DNA of 62,143 nt, filler included, from Asterionella formosa (GCA_002256025.1; 29 parts of 29 records of this genome joined end to end with filler, not necessarily neighbours in it); one strand, 5' to 3'; positions 38,691-52,262 are shown, counted from the first letter of the whole stretch. The notes: generated by a model from the letters alone, not told the origin. A program made the numbers and translations.

Positions 38691-40735
38691 GCAGGTGCTG
38701 GGCAATGCGGTTGAATGGTATAAATCCTTGGGATTTGTACACTGCAATCCTATTCCTTGGATGGACAGGATCAATCATCCTCTTGAACCCCTTCTTCATG
38801 ATGAGAGGAACAAGAACAATGGCGATGTTGATTCATACAATTATGGACCTGATATGCCAGAACCAGCAAACTTCGAGACCTTTCCTATCGTGCGTTTGCG
38901 AACAAATATAGCTGGGAGTCTTCTTTCAGCCACTCATTATGATCTTCTTGATCATCAATTGGAAGAGCAAGCCTATGTGTACTCGATGTTTCTTCCCATT
39001 GGGGGTTTCATCTACAAGCAACCAAAAGGTATGTTTGTTTACTATATATGCTGTATTCATATTCATTTGTTCATTCACACATTTCTATTTTTGCATTCAT
39101 CGCCTGACAGAGGTGATGAATGCGAAGGCAGCTATCAGGTCAGAGTATGCCCGCTTGGAAGCGCCTTCTTATGCGCTCGGAAAGCGTGCGAAGAGAAGCA
39201 CTTTGCAGAAGGCTGTTTCTATAGTTACAGCAGGATCAACACAGGCCCAATCCCGAGTGTTGCAGAAGATTGTTCCAAAGAAAGCTGCAAAGACGAGGAT
39301 GAAGGCTCCTCCGAGAACTGTTGCTGCAAAAGCTGTTGCACTCGAGCCTTCTGCCAAGGGAACTCCCAAGCATGATGCTACCAAAGCCATCACATCCAAG
39401 GCAGGTGCTTACAACGCTGCGAAGTCAACAGCCAGGAGCCGAGATGTTGCATCAATGCCTGTAACTAATCCTTACGAAGAATCTGAATCGGACTGCAAAG
39501 CAGCCGCGATTCCCAGCAAAAAAGTATCGAGACCAGACTCTAAAGCAGCTGCCATAAACAGGAAAAAAGTATCCAAACCGGATTCCAAATCAGCTGCCAC
39601 CTCAAGCAAATTGGTCTCCAAACCGGAGTCCCAACAAGTTGCTGTGCCAATAATCAAGAAACGATCGAAGGCTACCTGGCCCCCTTCTAGTTCTATTTTC
39701 AAGAAATCACGAATTTCTTCTAAGGACAGAGCAATGATGTGATTAGTCTAACAGATGATGATAGTAGTGAGTCAAAGGCAACTGCCTCAAAGAATGACCT
39801 CCTCCATTGTGTCAATCCTGAACTACGTTCTGTTGTCAATTTCGACAAAAGTAACCAGAATGTGATCAAGCTGGAACTCATCCTGTCCCACCATGGGATA
39901 AGGTCGAAACAATTTGACCTAGCAGGAACTCTTGCTTCACGCCGAGCAATTACCACTCAAAGGCTCAGCTCTCAAGGCAGTTTCAAGGGTGTCACTAACA
40001 AAGCAAATATTTCAAGCTTGTTCTATCAGGCTGATGCAGCCTACCACCAATTTCGTCAGAAGTGCTTGCATTATGCGGAACGCGTGTTTTCCCCATCGTC
40101 AAATGAAGATTTGACGAAAAATAATAGCAAGTCGCCTCTCACTGGGAAGAAGGGTGTGGAAGAGAGTGCAAAGTGGATGCACAGTTTTCAAGACCCTTCT
40201 TTTGGCGTTTCCAACAGGTTTGACTCCAAGAGAATTGTTGATGTTCAGGTCCTACCTGAACCACCTTTGACCAACATTTACAATGAGGGGCGTAAAAACT
40301 TCGAGCAAGAAACCTTGATTTTTTCCAAGGAAAAGAACATTGTAAAGGCCAAAGAAACTGTGGTCCCAACTCCACCAGCTTTGCTTAACAATATTTCTAG
40401 TCCAGTCAAAAACCCTGTTCACTTCAGATTTGACGGGAGCACCAAGAATTATGATTCAAATACTAATGATTCAGTTCTTGAATCAGCAGCTCAATCAGAG
40501 AAAAATGCGCGTAAGGATAACAGTGGCAATGCCACTTTGGTTTTTGTTCATCGACCACCTCCAGTATTAGACCCTGCCCTCAAACCTGTGGCCTTAACAA
40601 AGCACACAACCAAGGCTAATCGACAAGGCAAAGACGAAGAAGATATTTCCATCGCCTCAGAGGATGCCTCAGATGCTGGTCCTTCTTTGGAATTTCTCAA
40701 GTCTGTTGAAAAATCGAATATGAAGTTGCTTGGGA
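38691..40735 (+). pseudogene. Frameshifted copy of an unknown Lys/Ser/Ala-rich protein gene (intron 39029-39110)
   Basis: Paralogue of 55826-57865. A small insertion near 39728 (GGACAGAGCAATG vs GGACAATG) breaks the frame. Confidence 0.65.
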
Positions 40736-43199
40736 NNNNNNNNNNNNNNNNNNNNNNNNNNNNNNNNNNNNNNNNNNNNTTAATTAATTAANNNNNNNNN
40801 NNNNNNNNNNNNNNNNNNNNNNNNNNNNNNNNNNNAGAACCATCGTCTGATCATGGGCGGTAATGGATACTACCAGGTACCAGGTACACAGCCTGGTACT
40901 GCTAAGCATCACTAAATTCCTGCCGGCAGCCGGTTTGTAAACCAGTAGTACCTGGTAGTAAAGTGCTGCTGAAGGCAATACACGCCCGCGGTGGTCTCTT
41001 GCCTGCGAGTACACATGTATACTACGAGAAGGCAAGTAGCCGCCGAGAAGGGTATTGTTGAGGCAATTCCCGCTCTAGCTATCGTAGCGTCATTCGCTTA
41101 CCTACTGCCCACAAATTTAGCATAAATGTCAATTTTAGCATACTATTGCCCATCATATAAAATATATTTCGTATATTTCCTATCTTCACCTCGAAAATTG
41201 CCAAAGGTCCGATATTGCCCATCCTTAAAATACATTTTGTATATTTCCTATCTTCGTATTTTGGCATTACAATTTGCAGCAGTTGCCCCTCGGTTTTCCA
41301 GCCCTGGGATTGCCGAAATCGGCAATGGGTCTACTTAAAGAAACCATTTTATATACTATTCAGGTTTTCATAATTTATATCTGCTAGAATTCACCTCGTT
41401 TTTGTTCGTCTCCTGAAAAGTGGATTCCGGCAATTCACCTTTCACCATGCCGATTGTCGTCCATCATGACCGGTTTGAAGCGAAATCAGTTCTGTGATGA
41501 CGCCAGTAGCGATTCGTTGTCTAACGGATGTGGTTGGTTGTTGGATTGCTTGTCTTCTCGATTGATTCATATAGTCGCATCGTCCATATTTCGTCGGACA
41601 AACGATGAAATCGATACATTTGATGTTGGTGGCAAGTTTTTGCTCCGGTCATGCATGTGATGATGCTTAACGGATATTCTACCGGTACCAGTAGTCATCT
41701 AGCCTACATATGTACGTGGTACTAAAAACAACCATGCATGGTTTAAGCTAAACTTTAACGCTTACTTTGAACACGTTATAATATTATCTCTGTAGACTCG
41801 GCATTGTTTTTAGGAGACCAGAATGGTAAATTACCGGTATATCGTTCACATTTTCATTGATTTTACGTACAGTATGCCCGATTTCGTCCTCAATTATACT
41901 TCTCACTCTATCTTGCCTGCCTTTGCTCTATTCGGGCTTTCAATAGGCATCGTTCGTCTTTCTTTGATCCCATCATCTGCTGCTTGTTATGCTAGTTGAA
42001 GCGGATCGGTGAGTACAACAGTGAAATACTGAATGTGGATTGTAGATCGCATTTATCGATTTTCAGATTTGATTGCTTCCGTGGTTTGATTTGATCGCTT
42101 CCATCGTTGTTTATCGTTATGCACTGTCGTTTTGTTTCGATTGTACATATCTACATGCATAAGAACCAATGCACTTATCAATGACTACTCATTGAAGATG
42201 TGGTATTGTGCCGTTGTTGATCGTATTTGTTGATTTGTATAGTTGTTGACAATGATGTCAATATTGACGCCAAGCAATGCTTTTCTTGCTTGTACTAACG
42301 CGCTTTGCTACATTTCTACTACGAGTTCGTATCAGAAGCTACATGAATACTCAGCTAGAGAGAGTCAATAGTGCTGGAGCAGCGTGGCAATCACGCTTGC
42401 TCCTCAGAATGGAATGATCAGGGTTGCTTGTTTGGTGGGCGGAGAGGAATGACTATGGCGGAAATACTGCTACTGGTGTCAGGCTACTACAGTGATGCGC
42501 ATGGTTGCAGCAACCAGACCATTTACGCTACATAACGATGTAGGTCTACATTGGGTTCAGCTTTTTTTTCTTCTTTCGGTCTTCGACTGCATCTAAGCCG
42601 TGAAATACGCCACTTTTCGAAATTTCGTTGACGTAGGAGTGTGAATGTTGGGGTACTTGACATGAATTAATGCCACTCTTCCCATAAAAAAGGTTACTTT
42701 TAACGGTTTCATGTGAAGTTTTCACAATGAACTTTGAACTCAAGACTGAATTAGTTGATGTTTCAAATAATTCATTTCAAAGTTCAACTAATATCCCGCT
42801 CTTGTGGCTAATTCATTTACTACACTCATCTTTATTTGTGAAATAGTAAGGATATTTGTGGTGTCTTATTTCATGCATNNNNNNNNNNNNNNNNNNNNNN
42901 NNNNNNNNNNNNNNNNNNNNNNTTAATTAATTAANNNNNNNNNNNNNNNNNNNNNNNNNNNNNNNNNNNNNNNNNNNNTGAATGATGTGATTCCATTTGA
43001 AATATTTGAATCACTAGAAATTTGCGCATACATACATAGATTCTTTTTCGAATTCAATAAATAAATACATAAACATTCTCCATTGCTCAATGTTTATATA
43101 CCCTATCATACAATCAACATATATTTGTCAGACAAGTTGGCAGCATGGCAAATATTTTTGATGACTACCGGTAAGAAACAAAAAAAGCAACAATCAACC

Positions 43200-43668
43200 A
43201 TGAGCAAAATTACACATCAAAATAATGACAATGGGAATGACGAATTTAACTACAGTCATGAAAGTTGTGCATCCTACCTGCCAAGACCAGTTGATTGTAG
43301 AGTTGTATGTGGAGGGATGTGAGGATCACATCTTCTGCGAATGCTGCGATTTTTGCTGCCCTGAATGTCAGTGCCGATGGGATAAAGTCGAAGAGTTGGT
43401 GGAGAAGTTTCTGGAAGGTGAATCCATTCTTACCAGGTTGAAGGATGAAGATGTTACGGCATCAAGAGCCCGCAATCTTCTGTACAAGTTTCTAATCAGA
43501 GTTTTCAGTGGTCCATTGGGAAAAGGTGTTTGGATGCAACTTCCTGGCTGTTGTTTGAAGGGGGTTCGATCTCTTTTGAAGAACAAGGACCCAAACGAAG
43601 CAAGGTTACACTGGTTTCAAACCAACTTCCAAACATTCTAAATGTTCTAAATCTATTAGTGATTAGCG
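43200..43668 (+). pseudogene. Cys-rich KolX / P2X7-ballast-like small protein (two frameshifts)
   Basis: CEDHIFCECCDFCCPECQC...RARNLLYKFLIRVFSGPLGKGVWMQLPGCCLKGVRSLL...GYTGFK matches R---YR------G-LG---R--LP-C----IR--FP---Y-GF. Confidence 0.65.
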
Positions 43669-43848
43669 CTTTTACGATTTTCATTTATTTCATTAGTAAA
43701 TCAAGAACTTCAATCCACCTATATACAATGTTTCAAAACCTTCTAGAAGTGAGGTGGCATGAATGACAAATATATTTATATTTTTACACAATCTAACGAA
43801 TCAACCAGCCATAAAAAAAAGCAACACCAACTATTATAAGACAAAATC

Positions 43849-45020
43849 ATGCCACGTTCCAGTGGTAGCCGTCTCATTTCCGAAATTGGTGTTGGTGGTC
43901 AGCAAGGAGGACGAAATATAGCGTCCGATGAAAATCAAAATTGGTGGACCTCTAAGATGCCTTTTTGTCCCCCTACAACAACCACTTCACCAATTGAACT
44001 AGCAATCTCATCGTCACCAATTAACAGACGGCTCTCAACTGAACATGAATCATATAATCGACTATAATACATTGTCGAAATTTCTGCAGGAAGATATGTA
44101 TTGCAAAAGTTGTGTTAATAAATTTGTAAAAGAATATTGCAAACAATCACTTCGTGACTTTGTAACTTACTGTACATCAAATAGACAACAAAAGCTATCC
44201 ATTGAACAGCAATGTGAATTATTTCTGGAGCAGGATGTGCTTGACTTTCCGATTTCAACAATGAAACACCCGTTGATTGTTGTCTCTACCAAAAATTACG
44301 GCTTGGCAAGCGAATTCAAAGTCTCTTGTTTGACCTGTCAGAAACTGATTTCTAAACTCGAACCTGCAAGAAGCAACAGCAATGGAGACAGAAATGATGA
44401 GATAAGAAATAACGCAATAGAAGCAAAACACTTTTCTATCAACAAACAGTTTATTTTGGGTTGTCACAAAGCCGAAATGGGACCAGCAGATGCAGATATC
44501 ATCTGCTCCGCAATGAATCTTCCATGTACTAGTACCTTTGGATTTTGGTCTACGCAAGCAAGGTAACTTTGGTGCAGTAGAGGAACTGGTAGGAAACGCT
44601 GAAGTTACTGCAACCGCTCTTGCAATGAAAGAGGCATGTCAGGAGGAAATATATCTGACACTCAATGTGCATGAACGAGGAGACTGGGCTGACAAAGGAC
44701 GTGATTTTCAGTGGTGGAACAGTCTGACTGGTACGGATCGCTTGTCTGTACTGAATATGCCTTGACTCACTGTTAGTTTCGATATGGGCTGGCAGCAGCG
44801 GTCGAGCAGGAATAAGTACAACTCTGTAAGTGGACATGCTTTTTGTATTGGCGGCTTCACGAAAAAGATACTAGACTACAGAGTGAAATCTAAGGTCTGT
44901 AATGTGTGCAACAGGGCTATACGGTACAAGAAACCAATCAAGGAACATGTTTGTCCCAAGAATCATGTAACTGGTAGTTCGAAAGCAATGGAACCAGATG
45001 CTGGTGTGGAAATGATGATT
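43849..45020 (+). mobile_element. Mutator-like/Kolobok-type DDE transposase, N-terminal half with frameshifts
   Basis: CKSC...GLASEFKVSCLTC...SINKQFILG...MNLP; LTVSFDMGWQQRSS--KYNSVSGH---IG--TKKIL----KSKVC--C...HVCPKNH-TGSSKAME. Confidence 0.8.
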
Positions 45021-45120
45021 NNNNNNNNNNNNNNNNNNNNNNNNNNNNNNNNNNNNNNNNNNNNTTAATTAATTAANNNNNNNNNNNNNNNNNNNNNNNN
45101 NNNNNNNNNNNNNNNNNNNN

Positions 45121-45495
45121 ATAGTACTTTTAAAATACGTAAAAAAATTTAATAAATTACGTGAACCATATTATAGAATTACGTGAACAAAAATTTAAGG
45201 CAATGTGAACTGAATTACAGAATTAATTGAAGTATTTCAAATAATTACGTGAAGTATTTCAAATAATTATGTGAAGTATTTCAAATAATTATGTGAAGGT
45301 GATCACGTAATATAGTGATGATCAGGAATGCATGCATGATACTCTGATCAAATAAATAACGTGATGTATTCAGATAATATATAGATATATTCAAGTAAGC
45401 ATTTTGATGTATTCAACTAATTCATGTGATCCATTCAAAATCAACTAGGCTTATTTACGTGATGGTCACTTCACGTAATACGCGGCTTAGATGTG
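45121..45495 (-). repeat. Terminus of a CAC-starting (CMC/CACTA-like) DNA element with 22-bp subterminal tandem repeats
   Basis: Reverse complement begins CACATCTAAGCCGCGTATTACGTG; contains GAAGTATTTCAAATAATTAYGT repeats and many ACGTGA motifs. Confidence 0.7.
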
Positions 45496-45990
45496 AGACC
45501 AAAGATCAGGGCATATAGTTATCAGTTATCCATGGAACATTCCTCATTTAATTTATGTCGGAGCCTCTACCGGTACTTGTAATCCCTTCTATGTCGGAAA
45601 CCATCACTGAGAATGATCAAGCCAGTCTTACCAAACATACCGGTATGCACTTTGATGCTTAGGAATCAGGGAAAGATCGCTCTGGCTCACAACATAGAAA
45701 CAAACTGAAAACTTGGTGGAATATGAACATGAACCTACATGTCGATTTGTACGAAACCTTTTGATGGTCGTGTACTTGCAACAAAAAATAGCGAGACCTA
45801 CACCGACACCGAGAACGAGAACGAGACTGGCCAAGGCCAATGCCAATGGGTCTTGCAACGCACAACCAGGTGAAAAGACAAATATTTGTTGCTCCATCTC
45901 CACACTTTTCTTGGACTCTCACATGCCTCCTTCACGGCAATCCTTCAAACAATTCAATCAATCCCCTTGCTCTACTGTGACTGTGCACAA

Positions 45991-46053
45991 ATTCACATTC
46001 ACATTCACATTCACATTCACATTCACATTCACATTCACATTTACATTTACATT
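45991..46053. repeat. (ATTCAC)n hexanucleotide microsatellite, ~10 units
   Basis: Visible directly. Confidence 0.95.
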
Positions 46054-46811
46054 ACTTAGGCAAGGAACATTTCATTGCATTGCATTGTCTCACTGATTGA
46101 TTCGTTACCGACAAAAACACAAATGTCGACAGTTTTGACAATTTTGACAATTTTTCGCACAAACCAACAACTATCCTAGAAATGTTTGTTCAAGTACCGG
46201 TATAGATTTTCTGCAAACCAAACAACGCCCTACTGGTACTACCGGTACCAGCAAATATGCAGGAGGAGCTTCCATTTTAATGTCGTGGTGTTTCGCGTTC
46301 GCGAAATATAGTCGAGACTGAGACTGATAGTGAGACTGATCCATGGCGAAAGTTATCAGCTGGACCTTCTCAAAGGAATCTAGCCAAAGGAAAGATTCTG
46401 TAATGCCAAATGAAAAAGCAAAAATTGCAGGGAATAGGCGAACCCAAAGAAACTACCGGTATGAGCAACAAGAGGAGTTACACTACCGTTATGCGTAATG
46501 CGTAATGCGTTATGCAGTTGCCGCCAAGAATGTCTCCGATTCTTTCCTCGAGCATGGAAAGACTGCGGCCAAAAGCCAAAACTCAATCAAGATGAGCCCG
46601 CAAATGCAAATGTCCTCGTTGCTGAAATTTGCTTTGTATCTCAACGATTCATTCAAGAATTCAATATGACTGAAAACAGAACATGCAAGCAAGAAACAGG
46701 GTAGCTATTCGGAGATATCAATGGCTTTTGTTTGAAACCATTGTATTCATAGGAGGGGTTGTATGTTGTTTGAATTAAAATTACCGTTACATCAAGGGGA
46801 TCAGCTACTAC

Positions 46812-47162
46812 CACATCTAAGCCGCGTATTACGTGAAGTGACCATCACGTAAATAAGCCTAGTTGATTTTGAATGGATCACATGAATTAGTTGAATACAT
46901 CAAAATGCTTACTTGAATATATCTATATATTATCTGAATACATCACGTTATTTATTTGATCAGAGTATCATGCATGCATTCCTGATCATCACTATATTAC
47001 GTGATCACCTTCACATAATTATTTGAAATACTTCACATAATTATTTGAAATACTTCACATAATTATTTGAAATACTTTACATAATTATTTGAAATACTTC
47101 AATTAATTCTGTAATTCAGTTCACATTGTCTTAAATTTTTGTTCACGTAATTCTATAATATG
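46812..47162 (+). repeat. Second near-identical CAC-starting terminus, inverted relative to 45121-45495
   Basis: CACATCTAAGCCGCGTATTACG..., with one extra 22-bp unit. Confidence 0.75.
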
Positions 47163-47262
47163 NNNNNNNNNNNNNNNNNNNNNNNNNNNNNNNNNNNNNN
47201 NNNNNNTTAATTAATTAANNNNNNNNNNNNNNNNNNNNNNNNNNNNNNNNNNNNNNNNNNNN

Positions 47263-47382
47263 GTAGTTGAATTGAGGCGAGGTGGCGTTCAAGTTCGCAT
47301 CAGTCAAGTTTTGGATCACTTGACTATTGCTAGAACTGAAGCGGAAGGATGCCAAAATTAGCAAGGTCGCCGACAACTTCAT
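47263..47382 (-). CDS. 5' end of a secreted protein (signal peptide), truncated
   Basis: MKLSATLLILASFRFSSSNSQVIQNLT...NAT, with N-glycosylation sequons. Confidence 0.4.
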
Positions 47383-48463
47383 TGGAAGTTGAGGATCATT
47401 GCAGTAGAAGGATTGTTCTTTTATGAAACAAAAAAAATACTGCTTAATATTTAAGTCGGACGACATGGAAGCCCTCAACGCATGTCGGGTGTGCTATTCC
47501 CCAGCCATGCTGACGATCTGGATAGAATTTTTCATATTCGTCAACGGTTGCTTGTTCCGGTCTTCCCTGCCAGCTTGTTTTCACTTGGTTACTAAAAAAA
47601 CTCTCTCAATTTTTTGACTTTTTTCAGTGAATTCGGCGTTGCATAAAATCTACGCTGACGAGGCTTGTGCTTACACTTATATAATGCATATTTAACGCAG
47701 CATGTAGCGATATTTTTGTATGTGGTTCAAATTCATGCTATCCCTAACACCTTTGCCTCAAATTTCGACTGCTGATGGTAATTGTGGATTTGTATATGGT
47801 TCGCACCTGCAAGGATTTCGATAATTTAACCGCAAATTTAATGTCTGTAAACAATACTTTTCCTTTCTAACAAGTCTACCGGTAATACTTATGCTGTAGG
47901 TCATTACCTAGCCACCTTGAGCAACGGCGGTTATCTTTGATTCATGGTGTAAAGCAGGAATTTTTAAATATATTGACACATTCATGGCTTACCGGTACTC
48001 GTGCTTGTTCTCGTGCTCGTATTCGTATCACTTTGAGAGAAAAAGTGAAAAGTACGGTACCAATGTACTTAGGCCGTTGATATCGGTACCGGTAGGCCAA
48101 AACGCAAACCAAACAGTGTTTTGGTTTCGGTAACCCTAAAAAACAATGGTATCGGGAGGCAGTGGAAAACCCAACGCAAAAGCATTACGTTTAGGGGATT
48201 CCGTACCCATATCCCAATAGATACCCAAATGCATTACATTTAGGTTTTTTTTTCCAAAGTTACCAAAACGTATCCATCACATCTTTGCGTTTCTGGGATG
48301 TCCTGGCTGGTAATTTACACAAGAATTTAAGATTCTTTTCCATTGGGCCTCCATTAAAAACCTGTGGACTTCCGAAACAATGAATGTTTCTTACAGTATG
48401 CATCTGTTGATGAAACTTCGCAAGCTTCCATCCCTGAGAGGTTGTTGTTCTCGGGCATTCTTT

Positions 48464-48815
48464 TACATCTAAGCCGCGTATTACGTGAAGTGACCATCAC
48501 GTAAATAAGCCTAGTTGATTTTGAATGGATCACATGAATTAGTTGAATACATCAAAATGCTTACTTGAATATATCTATATATTATCTGAATACATCACAT
48601 TAATTATTTGATCAGAGTATCATGCATGCATTCCTGATCATCACTATATTACGTGATCACCTTCACATAATTCTTTGAAATACTTCACATAATTATTTGA
48701 AATACTTCAATTAATTCTGTAATTCAGTTCACATTGCCTTAAATTTTTGTTCACGTAATTCAATAATATGGTTCACGTAATTTATTAAATTTTTTACGTA
48801 TTTTAAAAGGACTAT
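48464..48815 (+). repeat. Third copy of the CAC-type terminus (TACATCTAAG...); element body probably continues to the contig end
   Basis: Near-identical to 46812-47162 and to the reverse complement of 45121-45495, with a different external flank. Confidence 0.75.
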
Positions 48816-49559
48816 CAAATAATGTTGATTACTAGTTCAACAACCGGTATTTCACATTACATGGGAAACAAATCTCGATATGCAATCAAACAAAGCAGTT
48901 CTTTCAGAATGGCATCTTCAGTCTTGAGAAGGCAGGCATTATGAGAAGTCTGTAAGACAAACAGAAGCCATGCATTCTGAATGAAAAAATCATTCATTCT
49001 TGAAGAGGCATTATTGCACGAAGTTGCAACATGAATGCATCACACACTGGCTTCCTTCTTGTCCTTGAAATGACTTGCTTCTTCATTGACCTGCAGAGAT
49101 TTTCATAACAACAGTGTGTCAGTAATGTATATGATAGAACTAGCAACAGCAGAAAGCAACACACAGTTCATTCCAGACCTCATTGTTCCTGCCTGTTGTC
49201 AACAACAATGCGTGAGCTGACAAGCCATACTAGCATTTAGGTACACAACAAGAACACACTCACCATTCAACTGCATTGCAGAGTTCTTTCATTTGAGTCG
49301 AGGANNNNNNNNNNNNNNNNNNNNNNNNNNNNNNNNNNNNNNNNNNNNTTAATTAATTAANNNNNNNNNNNNNNNNNNNNNNNNNNNNNNNNNNNNNNNN
49401 NNNNCGGAACAACAAAGAACGATAGAAGCTATCAAGATGGAACATGGAAGCCATCAAATCGGAAATTTGACAATCATAATATCTACAATCACATTCAGTG
49501 TTTCACTGTTGTACTCACCAATGGATGGATTGTATGGACCAATGCACAAACCCGGAAAA

Positions 49560-49975
49560 TCTGTAAGTTTTCTAGATAAGAACCGACAATCCAACAAATG
49601 CTAAAGAAAGGCCTAGACAATTCTGCAAGATGATGTATAGTACTAGCTAAAATCATGAGTTCTGACAATTGATCAATGGTTGCTTGGCAAAAAGAATCTA
49701 TAAGCATTCATCAGCAAATAAAAATTGAAATGAATGCTTAGGGATGATATTGCATGAATGATGGCGCATACTATGGTGGTCAGGGGCAGTATTCCTAAAG
49801 GTGCTTTTGCTGCAACAAATGCCAACAGCAACCCAAACTGGAAATATCTGCCCTATGCTATCTAAGCGATTAGTCCTAAACAAGTTCAGAAGTAACAAAT
49901 GGAGTAAAAAATGATTAAAACGCTTGGTTGAGCTAGGCTTGGAAAAGTGATGATTTGAGCCCTGTATGTAATTGT
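49560..49975 (+). pseudogene. Highly degenerate copia RT-like remnant
   Basis: Only EPT-QQMLK...W and LVELGLEK--FEPCM are recognisable. Confidence 0.25.
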
Positions 49976-50423
49976 GAACCTTTCTAGTAGTCTTCTTGCT
50001 TCATGTGCAAGACATCAAAATTATAAACCATTAGTTTCTTTATGTCTGGCAGGTTTTATGATGACTTTGAGACGAAGTATATATTACTCATGAGTTACTG
50101 GTTACTAGAGCACAAGTTCTACTTTCTTACTAGTAGTACAGGTGACCGTCTAACTATAAGAAAATCACTGTAGTATGATACCCTAGTAACTACATCAAGA
50201 TCAGACATTGTATTAAATGTTCTGAAGTTGTTAGGTCCTGTCTTTGTAAAAAATGTCTATAACTGATGAATCATATATCTGGGTTAGTTTACATAGCAGC
50301 ACTATCCTTCCTATATGTCAGATACATTCTTGAGCGATTAGCTAAGATTCTACCTTAGTAGAGCTCGTGGAATAGTCAACATTTGATATGAAAGTTGAAG
50401 CTACTTAAATGTCTTATGTATAC

Positions 50424-50705
50424 TTAGAAATGATTGCCAATAAATAAGATCAAAGATGACAATTTTTAGCTTTTTTGATCTGACTTTTAACATGAATAGA
50501 TCTTACTACTAAAAAATTACAGATCATACTTTGGTTAGAAACGATTGCCAATAAATAAGATCACAGATAACAATTTTTAGCTTTTTTGATCTTACTTTCA
50601 ACATGAATATATCTTACTACTAATCATACTTTCTGGTTAGATATGATTGCCAATAAATAAGATCACAAACAACTACTTTTAGCTCGTTTGATCTTACTTT
50701 TAACC
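50424..50705. repeat. Tandem repeat, 3 units of ~100-110 bp (TTAGAAAYGATTGCCAATAAATAAGATCA...TTTTAGCTTTTTTGATCTTACTTT)
   Basis: Visible directly. Confidence 0.9.
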
Positions 50706-50707
50706 TA

Positions 50708-50995
50708 AGTACGAGGTGACAATAGATATCAATGTCACCTTGTTTGTACGAGAACAACGTGTTCTTGCGTCCCCTCCATCATCAATAGACAATACCAATG
50801 TCGTCACCTTGTTGTCTGTACAAGAATGTGATGTAGCCTGAGTACGAGCGAGGTGACAATAGATACCAATGTCACCTTGTTTGTACGAGAAAGTGTTATT
50901 GCGTCCCCTTCATCACCAACAGATACCAATGCCAAATAATACGTGATATTGCGTACCCTCAATCACCTTTAGATACTGGTATACCAAAGTCACTC
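50708..50995. repeat. Nested repeat with internal palindrome GGTGACA-n-TGTCACC (two ~135-bp units built from sub-repeats)
   Basis: GAGGTGACAATAGATAYCAATGTCACCTTGTTTGTACGAGAA at ~50713 and ~50850. Confidence 0.8.
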
Positions 50996-51010
50996 CCTAA
51001 CCCTATTCCT

Positions 51011-51272
51011 ATCATGGGCATGATTCAAATTCAAATCAATTGTACACGTAGTACGTTTACATACAAATATCTCTGCAACATACCGGTATATAGGTGTCAC
51101 TATGATGGACATGATTTGAATTCAAATCAATTGTATGCATACTGGTACGTACGTTTACATGCAAAAATATGTGTGCTACATATATACCGGTAGGTATCCC
51201 GATGATGGGCATGATTAAAATTAAAATCAATCATGTACATACGATTACATACAAAAATATCTGTGCAACATA
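51011..51272. repeat. Tandem repeat, 3 units of ~90-100 bp (ATGGGCATGATTCAAATTCAAATCAATTGTA...TTACATACAAA.ATCT.TGCAACATA)
   Basis: Visible directly. Confidence 0.8.
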
Positions 51273-52262
51273 TTGGTGCTACCAGTACCAGGGTACCCCC
51301 CTGGTACCAGGTAGTACAATAGATGATACAATAGACAGTAGTACCTGGTACCAGTACTCACACACAAGTAGACTCGAACATGCATATTCATATATGAGTA
51401 TATCTATCATGTCTTCTAAACTATTGACCAAGACTGCTGTGTTCCNNNNNNNNNNNNNNNNNNNNNNNNNNNNNNNNNNNNNNNNNNNNTTAATTAATTA
51501 ANNNNNNNNNNNNNNNNNNNNNNNNNNNNNNNNNNNNNNNNNNNNAATCATTTGTCCAATACTAAGTAGCACAGCATCTGCCTGCAATTGACTTGCATGC
51601 AATCATTGTAGCAATTAAAACTATTTTCATTTTAGCTGTTATAGTCTATCATTTGGTGCAACCAATATGGTCAAGATGATGAATTGGTTGCCATTACTAC
51701 TACTCTTAACAACAATGCGAGAATTGAAAATGTCAACGAGAACAAGTCGAAAGTGTTTGTTTACGGGTTGATTGGCGAGATTGTCATGCTGAAGTGGACG
51801 AAACGGATATACTTTGTGCGCTGTGTGCGGAAACATTACGAGTTCGAATGGTTTCTTCTCTCCTGTAAACTCTGGATTGAATGATTATGAACAAAGGTTC
51901 ACTGCACATGACAATTACTCGAAGACATTAAGATCACTTGACCAACAAATTGAAGACGTTATCGCAAACATTCATTCCGCTTGTCATCGCTAGTATTTCG
52001 TTGTTGTTGCAAAAATCGGAGTGATGACGGATGGAAATGACGAGCCAAATTACATAACTTGAACTGGTACATTATCCTACCGAGAAATTCGAATACAGGA
52101 ATCAAATAGAAACAATACATATAATAATCAAATATATGTAGTCAAAAGGGTTACTATTTAAATTACAAAGGCATTTATCAAAATTATTAGATGGTATAAC
52201 GAAAAATTATGATCAGATGATCACAATCCTATGATGCATCATGGAAATATGATAGTTTTTAT

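Noticed and set aside
40836..42878. Contig with splice-like signals (GTGAGT near 42009) but no convincing ORF
   Set aside because: Possibly a promoter or 5' UTR, but nothing can be supported from sequence alone.
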